This document shows positions 1-13,254 of a stretch of DNA of 64,000 bases, one piece after another. The notes under the pieces are model-generated. The model searched no databases. It was not told where the DNA came from and worked only from the letters and a program-made list of their open reading frames with translations. Origin of the DNA: Styela clava (taxonomy: Eukaryota); contig NC_135252.1 of the NCBI RefSeq assembly GCF_964204865.1, forward strand, positions 6,448,001 to 6,512,000. The letters run 5' to 3'. The stretch's first letter is position 1; the number at the start of each line of letters is the position of its first letter. A program made the position numbers and the translations under genes.

Positions 1-987
1 GAACGATTTTCCTCAAAGAAATACTGCACCTACTCCACATCACAATTGGAGATGGAATTACGATACTCGTTCCAGCGCGGAATTTGACCCAATGGTTTGG
101 ACACCACGACCAAGCACAACAATGCCACAAACATCTCTTCTAGGTATTCAAGATAATTGGACCAAGGTAAATGATATGTATTAACCTATAATGTCACCCC
201 TATTTACAAATGGGATTTGAATGTTATCGATCGAGTAAGGTAGCCCCAGTAACATATAAAGTCGCGGTCCATCGGATGTTGAAGCATATCATCAGACTGG
301 AGCGAAGCGATAGCGAGCAAAATGACTTATTCTGAGGGAAAGGGGAAAGATTCCGTTACTTTCAAACCTTATATTGTGTCATTTGCAGTTGTTGCCCCTA
401 AAAGATCGGGGGCGAAATCGCAAAACCCTCAATAAAAAATGTAATAAGCAGTAAGCTACAAATAACAGATAGTGAGGCGAAAGTATGTTTTATTCAAAAA
501 ACACGTTGAAAATACGTGGGTGGAACGTAAATAATGAAATAAATAACAAGTTTTGAAAACAAGCAAAATTTGTTGTTATTTTTATTAGTGCAGATGTTTT
601 TTGGCTGGCAAAATAAGAAATGTAAATATCCAAAATAAGGCAGGCAAGATCGAATCTAACAAATATTTTTATTTTTAATTAGCTTCATACCCCCTCAAAA
701 ATTGTCTACGCGTCCCCAACCGTTTGAGAACCACTGAGATAGACTATATGTTTTGATAAAAGCAAAAACTACACGAACTAATACTTTTTTAGACTGATGC
801 ACATCGTCGATTCCACAAAGACTTCCCCGAACAAGCTCCAGATTTTCGTGACAACACTCGTTTATATGAATTAGCAGATAAATCTGCTGATCTTCGCTTC
901 ACAAGATCTGCACAACACAGAGAAAAACGACACAAATTTTACGGCTTTAACAGTTATGATTTCTACAACGGAAATCTAGTGATGTAA
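1..987 (+). CDS. 3' two exons of a C7orf31/SPMIP4-like (sperm microtubule inner protein) gene; 5' end outside the window
   Basis: Exons <2-166 (..PQTSLLGIQDNWTK|gtaaat) and 793-987 (ttttag|TDAHRRFHKDFPEQAPDFRDN...KRHKFYGFNSYDFYNGNLVM*), phase 0. AATAAA at 1175-1180. The C-terminus resembles, from memory, the C7orf31 tail (LQDxxxKxxAxxRFH...DLRDN...KHxFYGxNSYxFYN). Gene model solid; name from recall. Confidence 0.7.
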
Positions 988-1676
988 AGAAAAATTCCTA
1001 GACTGAGAAAATTTGTGCATTGTACATCAATGCATGCATGGTTTTTCATAAGCAAATTAGTATAATCCACCGCAAGATAATTTAGTCAAAAATACTCATT
1101 TGGAATTGATTAGTAGTTCGTTGTTGAATGAACTTCTTTGTATCCAATTTGCATGGTTTTTATGGCTGGACTTCAATAAATATGGTCACTAGATATACAA
1201 ATTTTTCAATGAGAGCGAGGAAAAATAGGGTTTCAAACTTCTTGAACTCTATGAATTGATTATAGCATCTTACATAAAGAATTTTTGACCGACAAATAGC
1301 TAAATGGTATTGTTATTTCATTTGCAAGTTATGCTTAGCAAATAAGCAAACATCTGACTATTTATTTGTACTGATATCTGAGAAAAACCACTTTATTGTT
1401 TTTAGTCGTTTATCAGTTTTTTGCTTATATTCGTTGAAATCGATTACACGGAAATTCTTATTTGCACTTAACAGAATATTTTATTCATTGAGATTATATA
1501 TTTGTTTTGATCTTTATTGCCTTCTCGATTTTAAATGATTTCATAAATTAAATCTTCTTATTTTGTTTAGATCAAGTGATTTTTTTACAATTAGGGTTAA
1601 TTCAATGACCGATAAAATTATACCGATTATTCTTGGTTGCGTGAAAAGTTGTTTATTTCCGAAAGCAATTTACTCG

Positions 1677-2267
1677 TAGGGCTGGGAATTTTAGGGAAAA
1701 CTTTTTAACCGTTAATCGGCTAAAATCATCTGATTAACCGTAACATGAAGTTTGATATAATAAGTTCAGATTTAGGATTGTTACGTCACACTGGTTTCAA
1801 CGCAGTTTTGAGTGTTTTTGTCCTGGCATCGATCGATATCGTTCACGGATCGAGATAGTCCCATAGTCACTCTACAGCAGGAGATATGCATCGTACTCCG
1901 GACATATGGAAGTATTTTCGCCAGAGGATCAATATGAGGCGTTTTAGCGTGAACCAGCAAAAAAGACAAATTGTGACCCACTGAAGTGGTGGGAAGTTAA
2001 CATTCAAATTTAAGAAATATGTGGAAATGGAGCAAAAATATATGTTCTGTGTATCTGACAGCGTTCGTCACTACTTCACGAAAATGTCAATATAATAATA
2101 TTCCTGTGACAGAATGCGCATTTGTTGAATGAATTAGTGAGTTAATAATTGATATCGTGATATTCTTTTGAATTAAACGCCACGGGAGATGAACTAATCA
2201 TATTCGAAGAAAATGTACAGTATAAAGGAGAGAGAGATTTTATTTTGTTTAACCATTCCCAGTCCTA
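1677..2267. mobile_element. hAT-type MITE, family TAGGGCTGGG (copy 1, degenerate)
   Basis: Terminal inverted repeats tagggctgggaat ... attcccagtccta; subterminal TTAACCG repeats; internal sequence (gaattaaacgccacgggagat, cctgtgacagaatgcgca) shared with copies at 19224 and 55045. TSD decayed. Confidence 0.75.
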
Positions 2268-2572
2268 CTTTAGCGTATTAGTACGATTACTGAACAGTAT
2301 ACCTCAGTATAACAACCCATTTAGCATTTCTTATTACGTAGCCACCACGACACACTTGGTATTTAAACATCCATCCGTTGATAAGGTCGTCATAAATTTT
2401 TAATTTGTTTGAAAATGGCAAGAAACAGATAGCACAAGGAACGATGGGTGAATAATAGTTTCCCAAGCTATTTTATCGATGAAAATATTTGTCGTTCCAA
2501 GAACTCTTTTCAAACTAAATTCAAAAGCCAGTTTCGATTATAGAATATTTTCAATATGATTCATTCAAGTTT

Positions 2573-3054
2573 TCATGTATCCATCGATGCCTCAGCTGAG
2601 CACTGATTTTTTCTGTAAAGATTGCCAAATAAGAGTGATGGAATGCCACGTAGTGGTGCGAAATACAAAAGGCTAAATTTATGGTGGAACATCGCACCGC
2701 CAGACTCTGAATAAATCTGCAATGAATTAAAAAGCCTCCTAGCGACTTTCATATTTTTAAATTAACTGATTCCAGTAGTTGCAGATAAAAGCGTTTTTTT
2801 CACAATAAAAATACCAAATCTAACAAGAACATACAAAAGGCTAAATTTATGGTGGAACATCGCACCGCCAGACTCTGAATAAATCTGCAATGAATTAAAA
2901 AGCCTCCTAGCGACTTTCATATTTTTAAATTAACTGATTCCAGTAGTTGCAGATAAAAGCGTTTTTTTCACAATAAAAATACCAAATCTAACAAGAACAT
3001 CAACTTTGCAAAATGATCCAAAGATTTCACTTCATCTCTAATAACGTAATCCAC
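2573..3054 (-). CDS. Possible terminal exons of an unknown gene
   Basis: ttag|3054-2983 VDYVIRDEVKSLDHFAKLMFLLDL|gtattt and ttgcag|2716-2573 IYSESGGAMFHHKFSLLYFAPLRGIPSLLFGNLYRKNQCSAEASMDT*, both phase 0. No 5' exons could be joined and no homology was recognised. Confidence 0.25.
2663..2998. repeat. Perfect 168-bp tandem duplication (2 copies)
   Basis: 2663-2830 and 2831-2998 read identically (atacaaaaggctaaatttatgg...ctaacaagaac). Confidence 0.95.
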
Positions 3055-4917
3055 CTAACCTTAAAGTCAAAAAATTGCGTACTGCTCTTGGTATCTTGAG
3101 TACTTATCGTTCTTCGCCATTGATCTATGATCTGTATATTGAAAGAAAAAATTAGTCATAATTTTCATGTTCAACTTCATAATATAATAAATATATATAC
3201 ACTTTTAAAACATGATTTCCACTATAGATATCTTCAGATGTCCCAACAGTCAGTCATCGAATGGGAAAGCAATGAATTAATTTGAAAACCTGAAAATTCA
3301 AGGCGAATAGGATTATATCGATTGGTCTGAGCAGGGCCAGCCTTAGGCCACTGAAACCTATGTGGCGCATTAGACCTCGCATTTTTACAGGATAAGCTAT
3401 ATTTCCAGGAAATGAATAGTCCCCAAAGTTGCACAAATAAAATCTCTGAAGTTTAGGTTAAGTTACTTTAATGTTGGATTTATATTCAGTTGAGTTAATG
3501 CGATGTAAAGACGAATTCATTTTCTATTACAAAATGGTAATTTTCAATTTGTATCTTTATTTTCATTCAGACTGGGCCCAGCTCAGTCGGTTTGCATATA
3601 TATATAGGTTCACACAACTGTTATGGCCGATCTTGGGATTGGTTTAGAATAAAGGGAAACTGTTGGCAAACTTTAACATGAATCTAATTAATTTAATATT
3701 GATGGATTACTGGTATGGTTTTCCCAAAAACAGAAAATTGTCTAAGTCGTATAACTAACTGCGTCATATATATATGGCTATACATACAACATCGATGTAC
3801 GCATTTAGAAATACCGGAAATAAATGTCTGATCAATCATCGAGGTAATGCATATTAATGTAAAGAATTAAGGAAACAAATGAAACAGTTAATAGTTCATC
3901 ATTGTAACGTCACATTCGACAGAAATGGAAACTATAGCATAATTACTATTTGTCAGTTTTAATAATTACGGATCAATAAGTGACATCATTGCAACGAAAT
4001 TTACGCACAAGAAATAGTAAAATAAATGCAACAAAGCGCGGAAGATTGATGACAATGGATGTTGTTCAATAATTCATTTCATACTACGTATTACCCGAAA
4101 AAATTGTAAAAAGTCAAATTTCAAGAAAATGGTTCATCCTTCTCAAAACGTCGAACGAAATGTTTTGTTGACAAACATTATCGATAAAGCATCACAGCTA
4201 TATACGCAGCACGTCGCTTTGCGATATTTTAAACGTATTGAAAGTAAAAGTAGGCAGGCTTTCGATCTAGATAACTGATGTTGAAGTACTTAGCCAGGCT
4301 ATAAACTGAGTTGCAGTTAAACACAGCCAGGTTAGAGCCAGCTAATGAACTGAGTTCAATTGGTAGTACTATTTTATCGTCGTAGACAAAACTGGCTGTA
4401 GGGTTATAGGATCTTCTATTTTGATCGCGTGCTCGTCTGAGTCAGTCCCCACCATTTTGCTGTTTGATGTATAGGATGGTGTCCAACAATGCCAGTACCG
4501 TTGGTAAAGAGAAATTTACGGACATTGGCCTAAAAGATATGTTTATCTTGAATTTGACTTGTTTGAAAATAAGATCCTTATGTTTACGTATTTATTTCAT
4601 TTCCGGGTAGTATTAAATGATGGTGTATAGCTCTCATATCTGGCGATGAAGTTAAACAATATTTGAAAATGAGTTTAATTCAAATGATGGTGCAAATGAG
4701 AAACGAATTTCTCGATAAATCGTAAAAGTGAAATGTTCTGGAAGTAAAAGCCGCAAAAGGTGATGTTTCCGACACAAATGAGATATTTGGGGTTTCGTCA
4801 AATAAACAATTTAGATTTGGTTCGGTAATTTCGGCAATATCAATTTAAACTTGTAATAATTGATTTTATTGTTTTTAAATAATTGTGCAGCCTTAGTGAT
4901 ACTACGATATAAACAGT

Positions 4918-5604
4918 ATGCATTTAATATGTGTTAGACTCATCTTTATTTTTGGATTTTTCGCGAGTTACTCAATTTCCCAAGAGTTCAACGATGAAGG
5001 ATGTTCGGTGGCCTTTTATCCTAAGACCGGCTGTATCGGAGAAGAAAGGTATTATTGAATTGGTAATATTGACCAGTGGTAATAGTTTTCCCCGCGGGTA
5101 AAAGTTTTTAAATTCATTTCATTGATTTGAGGTGATAAATATTCCTTTTAAGAACAATCTTACTTATGATGAAGCGTTTTTTCAATAACTTACATAATTA
5201 CGCATGGCTGACGCTTTTGCTGATATTTCAGGCCGTCTTCAGCGAGTCCCGAGCTCACCCAAATTCAAGCCAGCCTTGCACGCTTCCGGTGCGCCATCCG
5301 GCCCTACTGCCTCAGTAATCGATGTAAGATAAGGCTGATCCGATGCTCAGCAAATTTACCCCATGGGTTTTAGTAAAAAAAATCGTTGTGGCTCAAAATA
5401 TGAAGCTCTAATTTCAACTGATTTAAACAAAATGAAACATTGACAGGCACATTTATCTGCAATTCCTGAACTGTTCCTCCTCGTCAGCAACAGTTAGTAG
5501 AGCCTACTTCAACTGGTTCCGCTTGACTACACGTAAAGGAGAAATGATTCGGGACGACACCGATTCCTCATACCCAGTGATGTGGAAGGAATTAATTATA
5601 CCAA
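4918..5604 (+). CDS. Candidate small secreted orphan protein (first two exons; 3' end uncertain)
   Basis: ATG 4918: MHLICVRLIFIFGFFASYSISQEFNDEGCSVAFYPKTGCIGEE (signal-peptide-like), ending ag|gtatt at 5048. Phase-compatible open exon 5447-5604 (RHIYLQFLNCSSSSATVSRAYFNWFRLTTRKGEMIRDDTDSSYPVMWKELIIP). Acceptors are weak. Confidence 0.3.
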
Positions 5605-6302
5605 GTATTAAATTATGCTGTTAGTTCTTAGTCTCTGTTTTGACCGTACCTTTATCCCAAACAAGATTCTGAATAGGATGCACGGTTTACAAAGCAGAAC
5701 TTGAAAATTGGGTGTGGGTGATTTATAACACATATATGTGTAACGATTTATAAAAAAATATAATCCCATATATATTATAAAATTATTTCAAATTTTTGTT
5801 TCTAAAGGTATTGCATACTCATTTTTCAGAACTTTTCAAGTTCAATTTTATTGCTACTCAACGCACCCTTTTTTCCTTTTTGTCACCCACTGCAGATTTT
5901 TTGGTTTCAATGAAATGAAACAACTATATTTTGTGACATAGATACAATAGAATCTGTAACTCTATTTTTTCAGAATATTACAGACGGAAAGGGTACGTAA
6001 CCGCCTACTACAGAAGGTCATTACGGGACTATAAAAACAATGCAATTCAGATGGTGATACCGGGATGTGATAACCCTTGACAACGCAATTTATAATACAA
6101 TTTTGGACTCATTTCTTGCATCTTGCTCAATCTGCTTATTTTCCCTCACGATTTTCAGTTACATACCTAACGGACCTCTCTTATGTTTATGTTACTTGTC
6201 AATACAATATTTTTTCGAATGTTTACGGAATTTATATGTCTTCATTACGATGTTGTCATGAGCTTTAAAATGTAAACGAATATGTTCCTTTATAGTTTAG
6301 AC

Positions 6303-8384
6303 CAGTGGTTCCCAAACTTTTTTGACCATCGCCCCCCTAAAGTAGTTTATACAACTTCATCGCCCCCCTGCACTACAAAAAAATATAAAGTCAGAAACGA
6401 ATTTATTACAGACCAAATAAGAAGACAAATCATAGTTTATAGTGTTTTTTAATGAGATAGATGAGCTTGGTGTTCTTCAGCGAGTTTTGTTTATATCTAA
6501 AATTACCCCATTTACTGATGGAAAGGTGATTTCATTGTTCTAATAGCAATAGTAGCACGGCTGAAAACCCCTTTTTCACCATATAATAGGTCGGAAATGA
6601 AAGAATCCAGGGTCCTACCTCCTCAAAAACCGCCGTGTACTCTTGCCTTATAGCATTTCACTTCCTAAATTCACCCCATTTCACATTAAAATAATAAGAA
6701 CAAAGTTAATTTTCCAAACTTATAATAATGATTTTCGTACATTTCATTCATTCGTACAGCCTGATGACCTGCACCAAAATATTTCGGAAAAATCCCCGAT
6801 TCCTCATCCTATCACGGCCTCCAGTCCATAATTAACCAGCCATTTTTTTGGATTCATGGACTCGGATGTGGAAGAAGCCGTGACTGACTATCGGCTACGG
6901 CCCAGGGGTCGGCAAATTTTATGTCGATCGCAGGACAAAATTCAGGGTTGCTAGTCTTTTGCGGGTAGCATATATTTTTTGAGAGTTAAAAACGGAACAC
7001 ACGCGAAAACTGCGACAATCGTGAACTCAACTCAGTCGTCTTATTAAAAAAATTTTACAATGACATTTAATGTGACACTGTCTTGTTGCTGAATCACGCT
7101 GGATAGCTTTACGACGCCAAGATTAAAACATTTTCTAAATGGGCATCACCAAACCCACTTCTTTGCTTGTTCTTTGTAATGTTCATTTTCGAAAATAATG
7201 GTTTGCACAAATATGTACTTCCAAACATCGAAGTGAATATTTTCGCACGATTTGTGAAATTTTTGATAAATATATATTTTCTTTAAGAAGATACATTCTT
7301 ACAAAAATCAAGCATGATGAATCTCCCGAATATGAATATGAATTTTATTTCCTTATTGCTTTGCAATATATTCGAATATTTACTGCGCTATTGAACCCCT
7401 GCACTCAGCATCAACTTTTCTGCGTGTTTCCATTTGTCTAATTATAATTAAATTGTAGGCTCGTTAAACGAGTGGCTGTTCACTAAATTGTTAGGATATA
7501 GTATAATTTACTCTAAACGTGTCTCACGATAAATTCTGTTACGTAAAAAAATGTAATTTACTCCTCGAGCGTAGATTATAAATAAAAATTTTCATCGTCA
7601 AAACCGCCGTTTGGATATTTCCCCGGACATAGACTTCCTTGTTTACTTCGTGACATTGGCCAATCAGCAAGATGCAAAAAACGTAACAATGCCCCTTTTG
7701 CAGGCGCTCAGACACTCTCACTCGGACAGATTTCAGGGGTGGTCGTGAGCACTACCTCATTTTCACGTTTTTGAAGTATATTCGTTAGTATTTAGTTGTT
7801 TTTCGGAAATTTAAATATAAATCAAATAAGTCAATGATTACTTTGTCTTTCTATGAGTTTCAGTTTAAATACAGCAATCAAAAATTAGTGTAGAAATAGC
7901 TGTGATAGACTAGGCTAAAATTCTTTATCGGTACTTTTAAAAAGCAGATTGTTAAATGGTGTGTATTAGAATGATAGTTTGAATCAAATACCCCATTTTA
8001 CAGGCCACAGCTCGCGAAACCACTCTTAAAATAAGCACCGAAAATTTTAAAATGGTAAAGTATGGAAAGAATTTTCCGCGGTCAAAGGTCGGGGAAAGGT
8101 CCATTCAGTGAATCGTCCCGGGCCAGATTATTTTACTTCGGCAGTATTTTGCCGACCACTGGGATACGCAAACTACCTTACCTTACTGCAAAGACGAGAC
8201 CAGTAATCCTTTCGCGTGTGAATATCGCCCACATGATTCAAGTCTGCGAATGCACACAAAGTACAGAATTAAGTGCGCCGAACATAAAACAGCTTTCGCG
8301 AAATCGCCCCCTTAGACTTTTTCGCCCCCCTCTGTATCGTTTTCGCCCACTGGGGGGCGATATCGCCCACTTTGGGAATCACTG
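6303..8384. mobile_element. Non-autonomous hAT (Buster/Charlie, ZBED5/SCAND3-like) element containing a nested second hAT
   Basis: TIRs cagtggttcccaaa ... tttgggaatcactg; perfect 8-bp TSD gtttagac (6295-6302, 8385-8392). Minus-strand transposase C-terminal relic ~6450-6640 (ILSFPTYYMVKKGFSAV ... HQAHLSH*). Confidence 0.9.
6903..8161. mobile_element. Nested non-autonomous hAT (GTF2IRD2/SPIN-like) element
   Basis: TIRs caggggtcggcaaa ... tttgccgaccactg. Minus-strand dimerisation-domain relic ~7110-7260 (AKIFTSMFGSTYLCKPLFSKMNITKNKQRSGFGDAHLENVL). TSD decayed. Confidence 0.85.
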
Positions 8385-10786
8385 GTTTAGACCACATGGT
8401 TTTCCCTCCTATTTTTCGATTACGACGAACTCGGGACTCTTTTTTCAAAAGTGGTGGTTTCCCCAACTTTTGACTTCAGAAACTCTTCATTTAAGTTTTT
8501 ATGTTTAGTTTGAAAGTGATTTTGCAATTTGAGTTATATATATGTAAAATTATGATGTTTTTCAAAATCATAATTTTGTTTCAATTATAAAATAGTATCC
8601 ATAAAAAACACAAAAAGCTGTACAGCCTGTAGCATATTCTAGCCAATTTTTAGATTACTAAAGCTAGACCTAAACTCACTTAAAATATAATAGCGCAAGT
8701 TGTCTATTTACACCGGCATTATATAAACATAACTAAAAACTCACAAGTGAAAAACTATAGAAAGAATGAGATATATATCGATGTTTATCAGCGCGCTGTA
8801 TGAATGAAAATAAAAACCAGTATATATATTAAGGAAGGAATATCCGTTTCAAACAAAAGTAGGCTACTCTTGCCTTAACCGACTTCTTCCAGCTTTAAGT
8901 ACAAAAATGCATTCAATCGGGTTATAAGTTGCGTGGAAAATTGTTTTTTTGCAACATCAACAACAACAAACCTAAAATATTTCGGATCTTTTGTACAAAG
9001 TCCCCGCCAACGCTCAAAATAAGAAAATTATCCAGTTAGATTTGGGAACGCAAACTGCACTGGATAATTACTAATTTCATATTTTAAAATGTGGCGGTGA
9101 TGCTTTTCTCAACTCTCACATTTTTGCATTAGTGGCGGGGAACAACAACAACGATTCCATCACAAGAACGTTTCGTGCCCAAAAACTGTCTGAGCGGCTG
9201 GTTCAATTCCAATTGTTACGTCACTGTAAACCTCCAGCTGATTAGCCATTGAGACAGAGGTAAACAAGGCAGTCCATCACGTCACGTTGAAATATCCAGT
9301 AGTTTAATTGTATTGATGCTCTTAGGTCAATTTACGTTAGATAACAGCCAGAAATAATGGTAATGTAGATGTCATAGTACACAAGAGGGAATGCTTAGTG
9401 TTTGTCATCAGACAAAGAGGTTTGAAACGTAAATAACGTCGTTGCGCTAAACGCTAGTGCACCATGTTTATTTTGAAGAAGAGACTGGTTTGTAACGTTA
9501 ACACGATTTTCATAACACGTCACGAGTTTTCATGTTTTTTTTTATTAGACTGTATATATTTATAACTAGGCCAAACCATTTGTATATAAATGGAGATGCG
9601 CAAATAGGTCACGATTTTGCGAAAGGCTTCGCGTATGAATGACTTTTAGAAAAACACGCCGGTTTTGAGTAAAATTTTTTCCTACGTCAATTCTGTATCG
9701 TTGTCGTTCATTTGTGCATTTCTTACAAACTAGCTGCTACTCTGTGAGTAGACTGAACATTTTGGATCGATGTTCTTATTTAGAAAAGTTCTTTTCGAGA
9801 CTCAACCGCCGCCGCTCGCATTGTGTTACTGCAGTGGTTGTTTTCCCAGCATAGACTTCCTTGCTTATTTATGCAACATCGATCAATCAACAGAATGCCA
9901 AATATGACGTAACAATTGAATTTTTAGATGCTCTCTGACAAATTTTTAAGAATAGTTGTAAACATTAGACCAAGTAGTGTTACCGAATTTTAGATATATA
10001 TAAATAGGCTTACAATACGTCTCGGTTGAGCCAGGACAGTCCCGGTTTTTCGCCGCCCCGGAAGTAAACCTGAATGTCCCGGTTTTCTGCAGTATGACAG
10101 TCGAAAATAATTTTTCAATTCGATACTATTACAAAATTGCTTTTTTAACGGAGGCAGCCGATTTACCACTGGTTTGCGTCTCACTTCACTAGTTCAGATA
10201 GAGAGAAAAATTGTTAGGCCATAGGATGCTCCAGAAGTATGCACACCAAGATTACGCACAACCTGAATTAAATCGGTATTATGTCGTCATAAGCAATTCC
10301 TTGGGTTGGAGTAATTTCGGAACACAAATTTTGCATTATTTATTGTATATGCACAAAGCAAAAATACAACAGTACATATTTGTAAAACTATTTAGCAAAC
10401 GCCGTAATTAGGTAGTCATTAAAGTTATCGTCATAAAACTGTACCGCCATATACATTTGGACGTCAATTTTTAGAAAAAAGACGAAAAAAATCTAAAATA
10501 GCAACTGTGAAAATTGATAAATCGTGTTTTAATGCATTCGCGTACATAATATTATGGGTATAGTTTTATTATAAAAAATACGGTATATAGAATACAAACT
10601 TCTTTATAATGTTCTAATCTCAGGTGGGAGTATTTTCAAATTTCAATATTTTATAAATTCGGGCATCTAATCACTGAAATATTTATCTCTTGATATCATT
10701 TCAGCGATAACTCTCTGAATACTTAATCTCAAGCAGGAATAAATACTCATTTGCGACTATTGTTGTGGATTTTATCACAGTGAATA

Positions 10787-13254
10787 CTACCTATGTTTAT
10801 CATTTGATAAACCTTTATCATGATTTATTGCGTGTTGTTCCCAGTACGTTTTAGAAAGAGCCATAAGTCCGTTAAGTTCTTGTTGGATAGCATTTATTTT
10901 CCTTTCTAATTCTTGTTGGTGCCGAATTTTCATGCGATCGACGTCTTTGTTGTGTTCTTCAAGTTTGTCTTTTTCTTTTATAACGTGTTGGGCATCTACT
11001 TGATGAATCTTCAAAAAATATAAATATTAAACAACAGAGCAATTCTCAAATATATGGGCACGAAAGTTCAATGACCAAACGCAGTACCCGTAGCATATAT
11101 CCCCTATATGTGAGGTATATGTATATATTGAAGTCTGTTATATGAATGTTCAAAAGCTTCAAATTTAAATTGTAAATGAAGTCCTACCACCGTAACAATT
11201 CGCATCCGTAACGGTAAGCCCACAGAGTCACTCGTCTCCATCAGTACAATTTCAATAATATTTGGGTTGGATATCTTGTAAATTTTGCATGTTTTAAGCA
11301 CAAATTGTTGGCGTGGAAAAGACGCTGCTGGCACTATTCGCTGTACTCCGCATGCTGTGACTGAACCAGTGGTTCCCATACAGTGCGAAATATCGTCCGA
11401 TTTCGTCAAGAATTACTTCTTACGTTACCCGCGTTTAGTACAAGGCGCTAAACGAGAAAGCAATGTTCAAATATATGAACACCACCAACAATAACAACTA
11501 GCACTCCATCAACAGCAAAACGAATAAACGACAGCAATATAGTCGAACTATCTATCTCACACCATGCGTAGAGCAATGCTTGGATCTATGGGCACTAAGA
11601 TCAAATCACTAACCCAATGTCAGCAACATTAAAAGCGTTGCAACGATCAGTGTCGTTGTGGTGATTTATATGCGCAAATACAGTCGCTCCCGAAGTGTAT
11701 TTACCAATATGGAGGTATCTAATTTTGTTCGCCTACTTTACATCAAGTTGTGTAAACTGTAAAGGGACTGAAACCTATGGTCAGGAGATATTCACTTGGC
11801 TAACACAGACAAACCCGACTCGTAATATAACTAAAATAAGTAATCGGAATACAAGCTCACGTATCACATTGATTAAATTTGCATATATTATTAATATTTT
11901 CCTTATTGTAGTTCGATGGTAATAAATTGAAATTTTTCTTCTCAGTGCGCCGTGATTTGTATTACAAGAGGTAAATGTGTCTCGAGCTTGAAAAGTTGGG
12001 AAACCTCTTTACTAGACCATAGGAAGCTTCATCTGATAACAATACATAATTATCCCATATAATAACATTTTCTCAAGTTTAGTCGTCTCCGATCCGTATT
12101 GAGTCGAGGGATAATCGAGATTCACTGGCGTCAATGCGACCAAAATCACAATAAAATCAATTTTGATGTACTCCGGCACTATGTAGTGGTTAGACTGTTT
12201 TGCTCCTAAGGCTATCGCTCTGAATAAAACAGAGCAAAAGCTTTCATCACAAGCCTCAAAAAACAACACGAGCACAAACGTGATCGTAATTCGGCTTTGA
12301 AAAAATAACCTTAGCGAGAAACATTTTATTTTTGTTTAATGGTTTAATGAAAACATTTAAATTCTACAAACCTGAGCGTCGAACTGTTTTCGAAATTTAT
12401 CAACATCATGTGAATGTGATTCCTTCATAAGTTTTATTTCATGCCTATGTGTTGCTCCCAGCCATAATATATCTGAAATACGAAGGTTGAATATAAGATT
12501 GCTCAAGTGGTATATCGGGGTAACTGTTCATCAATATTCCAATAACAGTTGGGGCCGTATGGAATTTATTCTACTTTCACCGCCTGGCTAGTATTCATTC
12601 CACTTCACTGACATGATTATGGGTTACTGATAAAACATAACTTCGAGTTATCATCGCACGTACCTATTATATACGCCGCCGAATTAGTGCATGCGGACAT
12701 GCATTGTTATTGTGTGGCCGTGAGATATTTAACACCCGTCGAATGCAGACCAGAGTTGGCTTGGATTTGAAATATCATTCAAAATCATGAGAATGCAAAA
12801 CTATTACTTCAACACAAACGGCGTTCAGTGATACTTTACAGTCATTTCAAGGTACAAACAAGTGATGGGAATTTTAATACGTAAATTTTGAAACGCCAAA
12901 TATAGCGTTAGCATCAGCGGCGAAGTACATAATCTGTTTGCTGCGGTCGTCTTCGTCTATACATAACGTCTAAAACAAAGAACAAGAACGTGTTCGCTGA
13001 TTAACACGACATTTCCAGAACGGTTCGCTCGTGTCCCCTGCTTTCCACCGCTGTATATAAGATGCATCAAAATAATTGTCTGCTGTAAGAAGTCGATAAT
13101 CAATTAACTTACCAGCTATTAGGAGAATGCATAAAATAAAAACTGCAATGAACAGCTCAACCACAATTGGTGAATCCTTTTGAACTCGTCGGAAGCTTCT
13201 GGCGAGACGTGTGAGCGGTTTACACCATCGAAATTTCACTGGTGGATATGACAT
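10787..13254 (-). CDS. Orphan single-pass transmembrane + coiled-coil protein 1 (~189 aa)
   Basis: Exons 13254-13008, 12472-12372, 11008-10787 (phases 1, 0; 570 nt). Basic N-tail, hydrophobic IVVELFIAVFILCILLIAG, then E/K/Q/H-rich heptad-like sequence (HRHEIKLMKESHSHDVDKFRKQFDAQIHQVDAQHVIKEKDKLEEHNKDVDRMKIRHQQELERKINAIQQEL). First donor (c|gtgtta) is weak. Confidence 0.75.
11367..12008. mobile_element. Degenerate hAT-type MITE in intron
   Basis: Left end cagtggttccca; right end ...cttgaaaagttgggaaacctct; no clear TSD. Confidence 0.5.

Noticed and set aside
247-736. Possible hAT MITE in the first intron (right end gtttgagaaccactg)
   Set aside because: Left TIR and TSD not recoverable, so boundaries are unsupported.
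3234-3520. Kinase-like fragments on the minus strand (FYLCNFG, DCWDI)
   Set aside because: Could not be spliced in phase without stops or an implausibly short intron; resemblance too weak.
8062-8508. 148-aa ORF, and similarly 27284-27688, 40074-40334, 52176-52545 and 61323-61787
   Set aside because: They run through GC-rich MITE termini or off-frame exons and show no protein-like motifs.
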